In this document: positions 10,497 to 20,122 of the stretch, in pieces
Numbering within the stretch: the first letter of the stretch is position 1
Layout: every line of letters starts with the position of its first letter
NCBI GenBank assembly: GCA_963719515.1
Contig: CAVRCJ010000010.1
Coordinates: 448,001-512,000, forward strand
Direction of reading: 5' to 3'
From: an uncultured cyanobacterium
Lineage (GTDB): Bacteria > Cyanobacteriota > Cyanobacteriia > CAKZMO01
Length of the DNA stretch: 64,000 nucleotides
Program-made: the position numbers and the translations under genes
Notes under the pieces: model-generated
The model's database searches: none
Told to the model about the DNA's origin: nothing
The model's input: only the letters and a program-made list of their open reading frames with translations

Positions 10497-12053
10497 GTAC
10501 GTATTCAGGTCTAGAGGTTGACGGCACAGGGCTGTAGATGCTGGAGAGGGATGAGTGACACCTCCAAGTCGATGGCTCCTGCCGCTTTGGCCAATGCCTG
10601 CCCGACGAAGGCTATGGCAGAGCGTCCCTGAGCCCGACAGGTCTGAATCACCGATAATAGTCGTGCGGTGTGCTCAAAGCCTGACATCGAGCGAGAGCCG
10701 CCTGACACCTTGCGTTTGGTCACTCCGAGCCGCAGCGAGCGCTCAGCACAATTGTTGTCTGGCGGCACCTGAGGGTGGTCTAGGAAGTACCACCACTGGT
10801 GCGCCTTGCTCACCAATGAGGTGAGCAGAAGCCCAGCCGCATGGCCCGCTTTGGGCTTCCACTCGGCTATTGCCTCGGCTAATGTAACTTTGAATTGCTC
10901 AGCCCATAGGTTATAGGATGCCCTGTCGCCTGCGAGGCGGTAGTGGCGATGGCGGTCAAAGGCCTCTTTTATCAAGGCAATGAATGCTTCGGCCAATGCC
11001 TTCTGGTGCGGGGGCTTTAGCTTAGCTACTTGCTTGAAGTGCCGCAATAGGTGCGCTAGGCACTTCTGCTGAGCGGCTACCGGGTAGCCGTTGTATACGC
11101 TGTAGTCATCGGAGATGAGCACCCCTGCAAAGCTCTTTCCCAGCAGCATCTCCAGCTCACTGCGCGAGCGGGTATCCCCGGCATGGAGGAGCGCAAATCC
11201 TTCACCGCTGATGGTCCATAACCACTCTTTGACCCCCTTCACCAGCCAAGCTGTTTCATCCACATGCAGCTGTGGTTGCTGCTTTGCCCAAGCTTGCAAG
11301 TCATCCACCGCTGCCGCTACTGCTTGGCTAGCCCGCCGCGTCGTTGCCACAAGCGTCCCCACACCTACCTCGATATCACCTAGCTCTTTGAGCCATTCCT
11401 GCTGCTTGCCGTAGGATAAGTGGCCATAGTGACTCAGCCACACCAGCATCGCCTGCAAGCTCACGCCCAAATCCTCTCCTGCCACCACATCCTCGGGTAA
11501 GGGCGCAGCGACATGGCTACCACATCCCCCGCAATATCCCCGCCACTGCTGGTATTCCACCACTTCTATCGGCTTGGCCACCAGCTGCGCCACCTGGTAG
11601 CACCGATAGCTTTGTCCCACGCTTTCGATATGTCCACTTCCGCATCTCGGGCAATGCTCTAGATGCACCACCTCGTATCGATCTACTCGTCCAAATCCCT
11701 TGCGTGTTTTCCCCTGGTGCCCTGGCTGTCCCCCTGCTTTCCGCTTGCCGGCTTTGGGCAAATCCTCTTTCCCCTCTTCTGCTGGCTTTGGTTTCTCACT
11801 GCGTCGCACCAAGTCGCTTGACGGCGGTTTCGACGAACTCTGGCTATCGCTATCAATGATTCCTTTGAGCCGCTCTACCTCTCGAGCTAGCTGCTCTATC
11901 AGCTCTTGCTGCCGCACGATAATCCCTACCAGCACAGAGCGCGGTGCTTGCTCTAATTCGCTGAGGTCTGGAATATCCGAGGCAGGTGGTGGGCTCATCA
12001 ACTAACGCTACCGCAACGTCTCCCTTTGTCAATCCCTGCACCTGAATAGGTAC
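10497..12053 (-). mobile_element. IS66-family element (single-ORF, ISBst12-like), 1557 bp
   Basis: TIRs GTACGTATTCAGGT / ACCTGAATAGGTAC (13 of 14 match); 8-bp TSD TCCTGTGC at 10489-10496 and 12054-12061. Confidence 0.95.
10511..12001 (-). CDS. tnpC: IS66-family transposase
   Basis: SSKPPSSD, GGQPGH, CxxC zinc ribbon, HVDET, ISDDY, QKCLAHL, DNNxAERSLR. Confidence 0.93.
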   Translation of the reverse strand: MMSPPPASDIPDLSELEQAPRSVLVGIIVRQQELIEQLAREVERLKGIIDSDSQSSSKPPSSDLVRRSEKPKPAEEGKEDLPKAGKRKAGGQPGHQGKTRKGFGRVDRYEVVHLEHCPRCGSGHIESVGQSYRCYQVAQLVAKPIEVVEYQQWRGYCGGCGSHVAAPLPEDVVAGEDLGVSLQAMLVWLSHYGHLSYGKQQEWLKELGDIEVGVGTLVATTRRASQAVAAAVDDLQAWAKQQPQLHVDETAWLVKGVKEWLWTISGEGFALLHAGDTRSRSELEMLLGKSFAGVLISDDYSVYNGYPVAAQQKCLAHLLRHFKQVAKLKPPHQKALAEAFIALIKEAFDRHRHYRLAGDRASYNLWAEQFKVTLAEAIAEWKPKAGHAAGLLLTSLVSKAHQWWYFLDHPQVPPDNNCAERSLRLGVTKRKVSGGSRSMSGFEHTARLLSVIQTCRAQGRSAIAFVGQALAKAAGAIDLEVSLIPLQHLQPCAVNL

Positions 12054-12801
12054 TCCTGTGCTTCCAGACTGTCCGAGGGGGCCTGGTTTTCGTCTACCCA
12101 GGTCTGCAGCCGCGCCAGCGTTGCCAAGTCATAGGTTTGCTCAGTAGACAGATGGGCGTAGGGGTTCTCGGTTGTAGTCTCGGGAGGCTGCAGATCGTTC
12201 CAGGTGAGTCGTGACTGGGCTGAAACCGAAGCGCCCAAACCCCAGACTAGGCAAAAGCTGAGAATGAGCAAGCCGATATATCGGCTCCACCGTTTGATGA
12301 TAGCCATTACATGGAGAAAAGACTAGACATTTGCTGACCTCAGCCACGTTTTGCAGGCGCTCTTTGGCAAATACTCTTTGTGGGTCTCAGTGAAACTATC
12401 GCTTCGCAAGTGTTCTACAAGGCCTGCCTTGAAACATGGCACCAGTGTACACGGTTTGAGTGTAGGCGATTTGACAGTTATCATCAAATTTTGAGAGTCC
12501 AGTACTCGGCGGTACAAATAAGCCAAAGGGTCATGATATAAGTGGCATGCTCCCATCTCTATTTAGGCTAGCGAAACTTTTCGGATTTACCGAGAGCAAA
12601 AGCTAGCAAGCATTCTTTTGATATGGCTCAATAGTTGAGCAGAAGCCAGCGATTTCATAGTAGGGTATACGGCTCTTCAACAGGCAGATCAGCGCGCGAT
12701 CGCCGATCGCTAGACTATTCACAACTTGCCTATAGGCAGATTCACGTTGAATAAGTTCTCGGTACTGTGTTGTAGCTTATTCAACACAATTTGTTAACGC
12801 C

Positions 12802-13785
12802 GTGGACGACATTTCGCTTTCGATTGCTTGGGAAAAGATTGAGTCAATGGTGGAATACACCATCCGCCTAATTCCTAACCTCATTCTAGGAATTATCGTC
12901 TTCGTCATTTTCTGGATCATTGCCCGCTTCGTCCGCTCCACGGTGCGGAGAATCGCGCAAAATCGCAAGAACTCCCGCAACTTCGGCCTGGTGTTTGGTC
13001 GCTTGGCTCAGGGGGGTCTCATAATCCTAGGGTTGCTGGTGGCAATGACCATCGTCTTCCCCAATTTCAAGCCAGCCGATTTGATCGCCACCTTAGGCAT
13101 CGGTGGTGTCGCTATCGGCTTTGCCTTCCGCGACGTGCTGCAGAACTTTTTGGCAGGCATCTTGATTTTGCTCACCGAACCCTTTGAGCTTGACGACCAA
13201 ATCGTATTCAAAGACTACGAGGGGACGGTGGAGCGGATTCAGACCCGAGCGACGACCATTCGCACCTACGACGGTCGCCGGGTGGTGATTCCCAACGGGG
13301 AGCTGTTCACCAACTCGGTCACCGTTAACACCGCCTACGAAAAGCGGCGGCTGCAGTACGACATCGGCATTGGCTACGGCGACGACATTGCAGCGGCCAA
13401 GAAGATTATTCTGGAGGTGCTGCAGCAGGGGGAGAACATTCTGAACGACCCGGCTCCCGAGGCGCTGGTGGTGGATCTAGCAGATTTCACCATCAACATT
13501 CGCGCCCGCTGGTGGATCAATTCGCCGCTGCGGGCTGACGTGGTCTCCTCCTACGACGACGTGCTGGAAGAAGTGTGCAACCGCCTAGTCGATGCGGGCA
13601 TCGATCTGCCGTTCCCGACGCAGCAAATCCTGTTCCACGACCAGACGGAAGAAACCGACGGCGATCGCACTCAGCAGAGAGAGGGGTGGCCTGTGCAGAA
13701 GGGAGAGACCCCGAAGTCGATGAGCCTGGCGCGATCGGTAAGCAAGCTAGCGGGCTCTAGGACAAAGCAGTCCGAGAGGCAGTAG
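12802..13785 (+). CDS. Small-conductance mechanosensitive channel (MscS family)
   Basis: GIGGVAIGFAFRD, T.IRTYDGRRVVIPN, GIDLPFP. Confidence 0.92.
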   Translation: MDDISLSIAWEKIESMVEYTIRLIPNLILGIIVFVIFWIIARFVRSTVRRIAQNRKNSRNFGLVFGRLAQGGLIILGLLVAMTIVFPNFKPADLIATLGIGGVAIGFAFRDVLQNFLAGILILLTEPFELDDQIVFKDYEGTVERIQTRATTIRTYDGRRVVIPNGELFTNSVTVNTAYEKRRLQYDIGIGYGDDIAAAKKIILEVLQQGENILNDPAPEALVVDLADFTINIRARWWINSPLRADVVSSYDDVLEEVCNRLVDAGIDLPFPTQQILFHDQTEETDGDRTQQREGWPVQKGETPKSMSLARSVSKLAGSRTKQSERQ

Positions 13786-13804
13786 GCGAGCAAAGCGGTC
13801 CTGC

Positions 13805-14704
13805 CTAAACCTGCTCAACGCTGTAGGTGGCCGTCAGGCGAAACTCGCTTCCGGGCTGCACCTCTATGACGTCCGTAGCCGCGTTCGTCGTCTCCACGCA
13901 GATCATGCCTTGGTAGGCGTTATCTTCCAGGTCGCCCGACTGGGCCGAAATATCGGCCCAGGGGTTCCAAACCACAGCCGTCTTGCTGCCGCTGGAGGTG
14001 ACGTGAATTTTGCGTCCTAGGGAGCCATCGTCGATGACGAGCTTTGGCGGCACGTCCAAATAGATGCGGTCTACTTCCTGAGCGACGGTGACCGCTCCCG
14101 ACTGGGTCTTTTGCGCGCCGCCGTCCACCTTATCCAAGTACTCGGTGCCCTCCAGCCCCAGCACAGTGACTTGAGCGATGTCGCCCACCGTAAAATAGGT
14201 GTGCAGCGCCTGGGTAATCGAGAAAGGGGCGTCGCCCGTATTTCGGGTCATTAGGGCAACAGAAAGAGCCGTCCCTACCGAAATCTCAATAGCCAAATCA
14301 AAGGACTGCGGCCAAATGGCGCGAGTGTCGTCGCTGGCGGACACCCCGAGGGTAATTGTCGTGGTGTCGCCGCTCCCTTCAATCTTCACCACGGTCCACA
14401 GGCGGTTGCGTACAAACCCGTGGTTGGGACGACCTTGTCCCTCGGGGTCAGGGCCAAACCAGGGCCAGCAGACGGGCATCCCCCCTTTGATTGCCTTGCC
14501 CTCGCTGTAGTAGGCATTCTCACTCAAGAACAAAACGGGGTTGGGATCTCCCTTGGGCTGGAAGGACAGCACCTGCCCCCCGTAGAGCGAGATCGTGGCG
14601 GTGGCGCTGCCATTGTCAACTTCGATGAGAGGAAAGTCCCCTTTACCAGTCGTAAACTGAACCTCCTCGGTTCCATGGTTGGCGTTAAGCTGCTCTATCG
14701 TCAT
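13805..14704 (-). CDS. D-hexose-6-phosphate mutarotase (aldose 1-epimerase family)
   Basis: GGMPVCWPWFG, HGFVR, ALHTYF, VVWNPW, ICVE. Confidence 0.92.
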   Translation of the reverse strand: MTIEQLNANHGTEEVQFTTGKGDFPLIEVDNGSATATISLYGGQVLSFQPKGDPNPVLFLSENAYYSEGKAIKGGMPVCWPWFGPDPEGQGRPNHGFVRNRLWTVVKIEGSGDTTTITLGVSASDDTRAIWPQSFDLAIEISVGTALSVALMTRNTGDAPFSITQALHTYFTVGDIAQVTVLGLEGTEYLDKVDGGAQKTQSGAVTVAQEVDRIYLDVPPKLVIDDGSLGRKIHVTSSGSKTAVVWNPWADISAQSGDLEDNAYQGMICVETTNAATDVIEVQPGSEFRLTATYSVEQV

Positions 14705-14990
14705 GTCTAAATAAACCTCTTCTGTGACGGACTATCGCTCTCTTCGTAGTTTAGGTTTGGCGTGAGCCCATTCAATTTTTAAGCTGTAATATTGGTTCAG
14801 GCTTAGCCCCTAAGACCGGCTCAGTCACTGAGCTTGAGCCCATATCTCAACTAGGGCCAAGCATGGCTACAACCTACCACAATTTAGGGACTAGACCTGA
14901 AACCCAAATCGAAGACAATTTGCAGAGGTCGATGGGGCGAGCGGACCCTTTCACGGTAAAATCGGCAAGGCGTAAGCAAGGGCTGGGCGA

Positions 14991-15491
14991 ATGGTTGAGA
15001 AACCCATTAAGAAATCAGAGCGCGAGAAGCGCAACAGTGACGGAGCGGCAGAGGTGCCCGATAGCGAGCGTAGTGCAGCTGTCAGTAAGCCCATCAAGCG
15101 CAGTGAACGCAGCGACGACGGGGAGAGTAAGACTGAGCGCCGAGCCGATAGCCGAGGCGATCGCGATGATCGGCGAGGCAAAGGGGGCCGTAAGGGCGGA
15201 CGCGATCGCGACGAGCGGCGTCCACCTATGAACTTGGCCCTCGTCCGCGGTCCCAAGCCGCAGCCCGCCAAGCCTGAGCCTGAGCCCGAGCCCGAGCCTG
15301 AGGTAGAAGCAGCCGAGACGGCGGGCGATGACGCCGTTGAGAGCGCGGCAGACAGTTCGGTAGCAGACAGTTCGGTGGCAGACAGCTCGGTGGCAGACAG
15401 CTCGGTGGCAGACAGTCCGGTGGCAGACAGTCCGGTAGTCGCCGCGAGCGATGACGCGGCACCTGCGGTAGAGTCCTCTGAAGAGCCATAG
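14991..15491 (+). CDS. Low-complexity hypothetical protein
   Basis: KPIKKSER twice, PMNLALVRGPKP, PE and SSVAD repeats. Confidence 0.7.
   Translation: MVEKPIKKSEREKRNSDGAAEVPDSERSAAVSKPIKRSERSDDGESKTERRADSRGDRDDRRGKGGRKGGRDRDERRPPMNLALVRGPKPQPAKPEPEPEPEPEVEAAETAGDDAVESAADSSVADSSVADSSVADSSVADSPVADSPVVAASDDAAPAVESSEEP
15348..15437 (+). repeat. Six 15-bp coding tandem repeats (ADSSV/ADSPV)
   Basis: GCAGACAGYYCGGTR repeated six times. Confidence 0.9.
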
Positions 15492-15499
15492 GTACTCAG

Positions 15500-16168
15500 C
15501 TACTTTACGCCTGGCGATAGCTGCCGGTAAAGCACAACGATGTAAATAACTCCAACAGCCCCCCCCAGCAGCGACCCAGCGGCGTTGATGAGGGGGGCTA
15601 AGCTTTCGGCGTCGCCGGGCGTCAAAGCGAGGAAGAGGCTGCCCAATAGGCCCAAAATCAGGCCAAGCGCTAACCCCATCAGCGCGACTGCCACCATCAA
15701 TACTAGAGCCGCGCAGAACAGCTTCCAGACCCGCCCACTGGTAAGGGTCCAGCTGCGGGATAGGGCCTCAATCGGAGAGTCGTCCTCTACAGCAGCAGCG
15801 CAAGCGGCAAAGGCTAGCCGGACGCCCAAGTAGATGCCGGGAAGCACAAACAGTAGCAGCCCCGATGCGACGACAAGAAAGACCATCAGGCTAGTCGCGA
15901 GCAGCGGCAGAAACCGGCCTGCCGCCTGCTTGAACGCGCTGCCAAGGCTCAGAGTCCGACCTTGAGAGGCGTAGTAGGCGTACACCAGCGCTGCGCCGTT
16001 GAAGAAAACCGACAGTACTGCCGCTATCGGATAGATTAAGATGGTGCCTGCCGACGCGCTAGCGCTTGGAATGGCGTAAAGCAAGGTTGTGGGCAGCAGG
16101 ATTAACGCCAGTTTGCCAATCAAGTTACCCTGATTGACTGTCTCTTGAATCGCGCGCTGAATGTTCAT
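15500..16168 (-). CDS. Integral membrane protein (GDPD-membrane-domain/UPF0259-like)
   Basis: Five to six TM helices; LFVLPGIY...ALSRSWTLTSG motif. Confidence 0.7.
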   Translation of the reverse strand: MNIQRAIQETVNQGNLIGKLALILLPTTLLYAIPSASASAGTILIYPIAAVLSVFFNGAALVYAYYASQGRTLSLGSAFKQAAGRFLPLLATSLMVFLVVASGLLLFVLPGIYLGVRLAFAACAAAVEDDSPIEALSRSWTLTSGRVWKLFCAALVLMVAVALMGLALGLILGLLGSLFLALTPGDAESLAPLINAAGSLLGGAVGVIYIVVLYRQLSPGVK

Positions 16169-16236
16169 GAGAAGTCAGTAACTTGGCGGTTTCAATGCCA
16201 TAAGCCTACACCCCCGGTCTCACGCCTGTCTATTCA

Positions 16237-17409
16237 CTATGCCGGTGTTTCGTTGCCCGCTTGAAGAGGCCGCAGCACCCTCACCGTTTCCACCACCTGC
16301 GCCGCTGCCCGCTCGATCTCTTCCTCGGTGGTAAATCGTCCCAAGCCAAAGCGAATCGAAGCGTAGGCCAAGGCATCCGATCGCCCCAAAGCCTTGAGCA
16401 CGTGGGAGGGGGCCATCGATGCCGTAGAGCAGGCCGCTCCTGACGACACCGCCACGACCGGCTGCAGGCCCAGCAGCAGCGCCTGACCTTCTACCCCCTC
16501 CACGCTAATGTTGAGATTGCCGGGGAGGCGCTGACTTGGGTGGCCGTTGAGGTGTATACCGGGTGTCGCCTCAAGGGGTTTCCAGAGCCGATCCCGCAGC
16601 TGTTGCAGCCGCAGCGACTCTGCAGGCATCTCCTCCAGGGCCAGCGTCACCGCCTTCGCAAACCCCACAATTTGCGGCGGATACAGCGTCCCCGATCGCC
16701 GTCCCCCCTCTTGGCCACCGCCGTGGAGCTGGGGGGCGACCTGGACGCGAGGATCGCGGCGGCGGACGTACAGAGCTCCAATACCTTTGGGGCCGTAGAG
16801 CTTGTGGGCGGTGAAGGACATAAGGTCCACAGTTATTGCCTCCACATCCAGGGGGATTTTTCCCACCGCCTGAGCCGCGTCGGTGTGGAACAGGACTTGG
16901 CGATCGCGGCAGCGGGCACCGATTTCGGCTAGGGGCTGCAGCACACCGATTTCGTTGTTAGCGGCCATCACTGAAACGAGGATAGTGTCGGGGCGAAAAG
17001 CCTGCTCTAGCGCTTTTAGAGACACTAGCCCGTTAGGCTGCACAGGTAGTGTGGTGATCTCGAAGCCTAGGGACTCCAAATATCGACAGGGATCGAGCAC
17101 GGCGCTATGCTCTGTCTGCACAGTGATGATGTGACGACCCCGCGACAGATAGGCTTCAGCCACCCCTTTAATCGCCAGATTGTTGGCCTCGGTGGCCCCG
17201 CTGGTGAATACAATCTCGCTGGGTTCGGCGTTGATGGCCGCTGCAATTTGTTCACGGGCCTGCTTCACGGCGGCTTCTGCCTCCCAGCCGTAGGCGTGGA
17301 GAGTGCTAGAAGGGTTGCCAAACTGCTGAGTGAAGTAGGGCAGCATGGCGGTGAGGACACGCTCGTCAACGGGGGTGGTGGCGTTGGCGTCGAGGTAGAT
17401 GGGGCGCAT
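16237..17409 (-). CDS. iscS: Cysteine desulfurase (IscS/NifS)
   Basis: YLDANATTP, FTSGATEANN, HTDAAQ, AHKLYGPKG, SSGAAC. Confidence 0.93.
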   Translation of the reverse strand: MRPIYLDANATTPVDERVLTAMLPYFTQQFGNPSSTLHAYGWEAEAAVKQAREQIAAAINAEPSEIVFTSGATEANNLAIKGVAEAYLSRGRHIITVQTEHSAVLDPCRYLESLGFEITTLPVQPNGLVSLKALEQAFRPDTILVSVMAANNEIGVLQPLAEIGARCRDRQVLFHTDAAQAVGKIPLDVEAITVDLMSFTAHKLYGPKGIGALYVRRRDPRVQVAPQLHGGGQEGGRRSGTLYPPQIVGFAKAVTLALEEMPAESLRLQQLRDRLWKPLEATPGIHLNGHPSQRLPGNLNISVEGVEGQALLLGLQPVVAVSSGAACSTASMAPSHVLKALGRSDALAYASIRFGLGRFTTEEEIERAAAQVVETVRVLRPLQAGNETPA

Positions 17410-17434
17410 GGGTTGGAGCCGGTATGATCAATGT

Positions 17435-17468
17435 GCCGTAGGGACAAGGCGTGCTCTGTCCCTACGGC
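17435..17468. repeat. GTAG-type REP-like palindrome between rsgA and iscS
   Basis: GCCGTAGGGACA-N10-TGTCCCTACGGC. Confidence 0.65.
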
Positions 17469-17470
17469 GG

Positions 17471-18655
17471 CTAGTTTGATTCTATATCCGGGTCGTCCTC
17501 AGTCGCCGCATCTAAAAGTTCGTCAATGTCCCCGCACAGGCTCTGCAAATCCTGATGGTGCGATCGCCGAGACGGGCGGCGATAGCGCTTGGTTGCCAGC
17601 TTAGGTTCGTAGTAGGTCTGCCCCGCTTCACCACTGAGACGCTTGACGCTCTCTTCTACAGCCGTAGTCTGCTCTAAAGCGGTCTGTCGGGCGATCGCCT
17701 CTTCCAAAAAAGTGAGGTAGTGCGCGTAGCGCTCCCAGCCGTCTGCCCCTTCTCCCCGCACAATGCAGCCGGGTTCGCTCTGGTGCAGGCAGTTGCTGAA
17801 CTGGCAGTCTCCCTGGCTGAGCCGCTGGCGAACTTCAGGGAAGTAAGATCCCAGTTCGCTGGGCGTACAGGAAAGGGTGGGTTGATTAAATCCCGGCGAG
17901 TCGGCCAGCAGGCCCAGCTTCGTGGCGGAACCAACCGGGGTCGGCAGCTCAAACAGCTCTACGTGGCGGGTGGTGTGGCGTCCCCGCGCCAGCTTTCCCG
18001 AGACGGCGTTCACCCGCTGATCTACCGCCGGGATTAGGTGGTTGATCAAGCTCGATTTTCCCACCCCCGATGGCCCAGAGATGACGCTGAGGTGTCCCGC
18101 CAGCATCTGACGCACTGCGCCCAGGCCGAGGCCGCTCTGTACGCTGATGATCCGGGGACTGTAGCCCCACTGACTGAGGCGATCGCACCACTGCTGCTGG
18201 GCCTCAGGCGAGATCCGATCGCACTTGTTTAGGCATAGCGCGACTTCAAGCCCCGTAGACTCTGCAGCTATCAAGAAGCGGCTCAGCTGCCAGGGGTCTA
18301 GATCCGGCTCTACTAGGGCGAACACCAGCAGCAGCAGGTCGGCGTTGGCAACGGGCGGTCGCTCTAGAGCCGTTCGGCGGGGCATCACCTGGGCGATGGC
18401 TCCTCGACCGCTGCCCCAGTCGATATCTTCTACCCCAACGCGATCGCCTACCCACACCTGCTGACCGATTTTCTTGAGGCGCGATCGCCGCGTACAGAGC
18501 ACCATCGCGCAGGGTTGGAGCGGGGGCTCTGACAACAGGGGAGGCGACTCTAACCGCACCCAGTAGTAGTTAGCCTGAACGGCGGTCACCATCCCTTGCG
18601 CCGTCCCTATCCGCACATCAGACGCCTCCGAGCCTTGGGAGTGGGGCTTCCTCAT
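17471..18655 (-). CDS. rsgA: Ribosome small subunit-dependent GTPase A
   Basis: NKCD, GPSGVGKSSLIN, GRHTT, DSPGF, C-F-NC-H-EPGC. Confidence 0.95.
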   Translation of the reverse strand: MRKPHSQGSEASDVRIGTAQGMVTAVQANYYWVRLESPPLLSEPPLQPCAMVLCTRRSRLKKIGQQVWVGDRVGVEDIDWGSGRGAIAQVMPRRTALERPPVANADLLLLVFALVEPDLDPWQLSRFLIAAESTGLEVALCLNKCDRISPEAQQQWCDRLSQWGYSPRIISVQSGLGLGAVRQMLAGHLSVISGPSGVGKSSLINHLIPAVDQRVNAVSGKLARGRHTTRHVELFELPTPVGSATKLGLLADSPGFNQPTLSCTPSELGSYFPEVRQRLSQGDCQFSNCLHQSEPGCIVRGEGADGWERYAHYLTFLEEAIARQTALEQTTAVEESVKRLSGEAGQTYYEPKLATKRYRRPSRRSHHQDLQSLCGDIDELLDAATEDDPDIESN

Positions 18656-18900
18656 TCAGGGCAGCGTATCCGAAGGGCAAAAAACTCGGTGCGATCGTCA
18701 ATGCTCTCGACGCTGTAGCCTTCCATCGTCAAGCTAGAAGGCACTTGCTCTATCGGCTCGCCCCCGTCTAGCCAGACTTCTAAAACGCTGCCGGGAAGCA
18801 TTTTTTCTAGGCAGAGCTTGGTGCGAATAAAGTTAATGGGACAGGGGGTGCCGCGCAGGTCGAGCTGCTTGTCGGGCGTTGGCGCTGTGGTCGACGTCAT
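18652..18900 (-). CDS. tusA: Sulfurtransferase TusA family protein
   Basis: LDLRGTPCP motif; 4-nt overlaps with dnaJ and rsgA. Confidence 0.88.
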   Translation of the reverse strand: MTSTTAPTPDKQLDLRGTPCPINFIRTKLCLEKMLPGSVLEVWLDGGEPIEQVPSSLTMEGYSVESIDDRTEFFALRIRCPE

Positions 18901-20027
18901 CCTCGAAACAGGCCTCCCAAAAAGCCCTCCAGCCCGGCCCCTTTGCCAGCACGATTGCCGCTGATTTCGGCTAGCTTAGTCAGCAGCTCGCGCTCTTCTG
19001 TCGTCAGCTTGGTGGGAATGTCGATATGAACCGTCACCTGGTGATCCCCTCGGCTCACGGGGTTGCCTAAGCGCGGCACTCCTTTGTTCTCTAGGATGAC
19101 GACGGTGTCGGGCTGAGTGCCTGCGGCGATGGTAACTTCCTCAGGCTCGCCGTCTACCGTCTCAACGTTGAGGCGACAGCCTAAAATCGCCTGGAGGTAG
19201 CTAATGGTGATCTCAGAAAAAATAGTGATGCCGTCGCGGGTAAACGTTTCGTCTTCTTTGACGAACAGGTAGACGTACAGATCCCCCGGCGGCCCGTTTC
19301 GCTTGCCGGTGTCCCCTTCTCCCGATACTCGCAGGCGAGTGCCGCTATCTACCCCAGCGGGTACGGTAATCTTGAGCTTTTTGGTCTCTTGCTTTTGACC
19401 GCTACCCCCGCAGGTGCCGCACTTGTCTTCGATGACTTGACCATTGCCCCCGCAGGTGGGACAGGCTGAGACCTGAGTAAAGCTACCAAAGGGAGTGCGC
19501 GTTGCTCGGCGCACCTGCCCTTGCCCGTTACAAGTAGCGCAGGTGCGAGGCTGAGTCCCGGGCTTAGCGCCGTTACCGCTGCAGGTGGCGCAGGTCTCTA
19601 GATGGGTAACGCGAATCTCCTTATCGCCGCCAAAGACAGCCTCTCGAAAGTCAAGCTTCAGATCGTACCGCAGATCTTCGCCCCTAACGGGACCGCTACG
19701 TCTGCGCCCCTGCTGTCCAGGGGTTCCCGAAAACCCACCAAAAAAGCTTTCGAAGATATCAGCAGCGAACCCACTGAAGTCTCCAAAATCCTGCGCGCCG
19801 GCACCAGCGCTGACGCCCGCTTCTCCGAACTGGTCATAGCGAGCCCGCATCTCTGGCTCAGACAAGACTTCGTAAGCGCGGTTAATTTCCTTGAAGCGCT
19901 CCTCGGCTCCGCTCTCTTTGTTGACATCCGGATGATATTGGCGGGCAAGACGGCGATATGCCCGTTTGATCTCATCTTTATCGGCGCTGCGAGAGATGTC
20001 GAGAGTATCGTAGTAATCGCGAGCCAT
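18897..20027 (-). CDS. dnaJ: Chaperone DnaJ
   Basis: HPD J-domain, G/F region, four CxxCxGxG. Confidence 0.97.
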   Translation of the reverse strand: MARDYYDTLDISRSADKDEIKRAYRRLARQYHPDVNKESGAEERFKEINRAYEVLSEPEMRARYDQFGEAGVSAGAGAQDFGDFSGFAADIFESFFGGFSGTPGQQGRRRSGPVRGEDLRYDLKLDFREAVFGGDKEIRVTHLETCATCSGNGAKPGTQPRTCATCNGQGQVRRATRTPFGSFTQVSACPTCGGNGQVIEDKCGTCGGSGQKQETKKLKITVPAGVDSGTRLRVSGEGDTGKRNGPPGDLYVYLFVKEDETFTRDGITIFSEITISYLQAILGCRLNVETVDGEPEEVTIAAGTQPDTVVILENKGVPRLGNPVSRGDHQVTVHIDIPTKLTTEERELLTKLAEISGNRAGKGAGLEGFLGGLFRG

Positions 20028-20122
20028 AGAACGCTGTACCGAAGAAGTTGAAAGTAAGTTCGCAAATTAATGCAAGAGCCAATGCTATCACCAGCTCCTA
20101 CCTTAATGTATATCTTATCGCG

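Larger units (their letters stand above)
9400..12307 (-). pseudogene. DUF3299 + RcnA/NicO-type Ni/Co transporter fusion, disrupted by IS66, an in-frame TAA and 3' truncation
   Basis: Signal peptide and LTWNDL (12307-12054); GACIHVPPPPPNQ; HTLGPGHGK and VPCSGA. All pieces are in one frame after IS removal; TAA at 10221-10223. Confidence 0.85.

Noticed and set aside
15348..15437. Possible CRISPR or iteron array
   Set aside because: In-frame coding pentapeptide repeat with no spacers.
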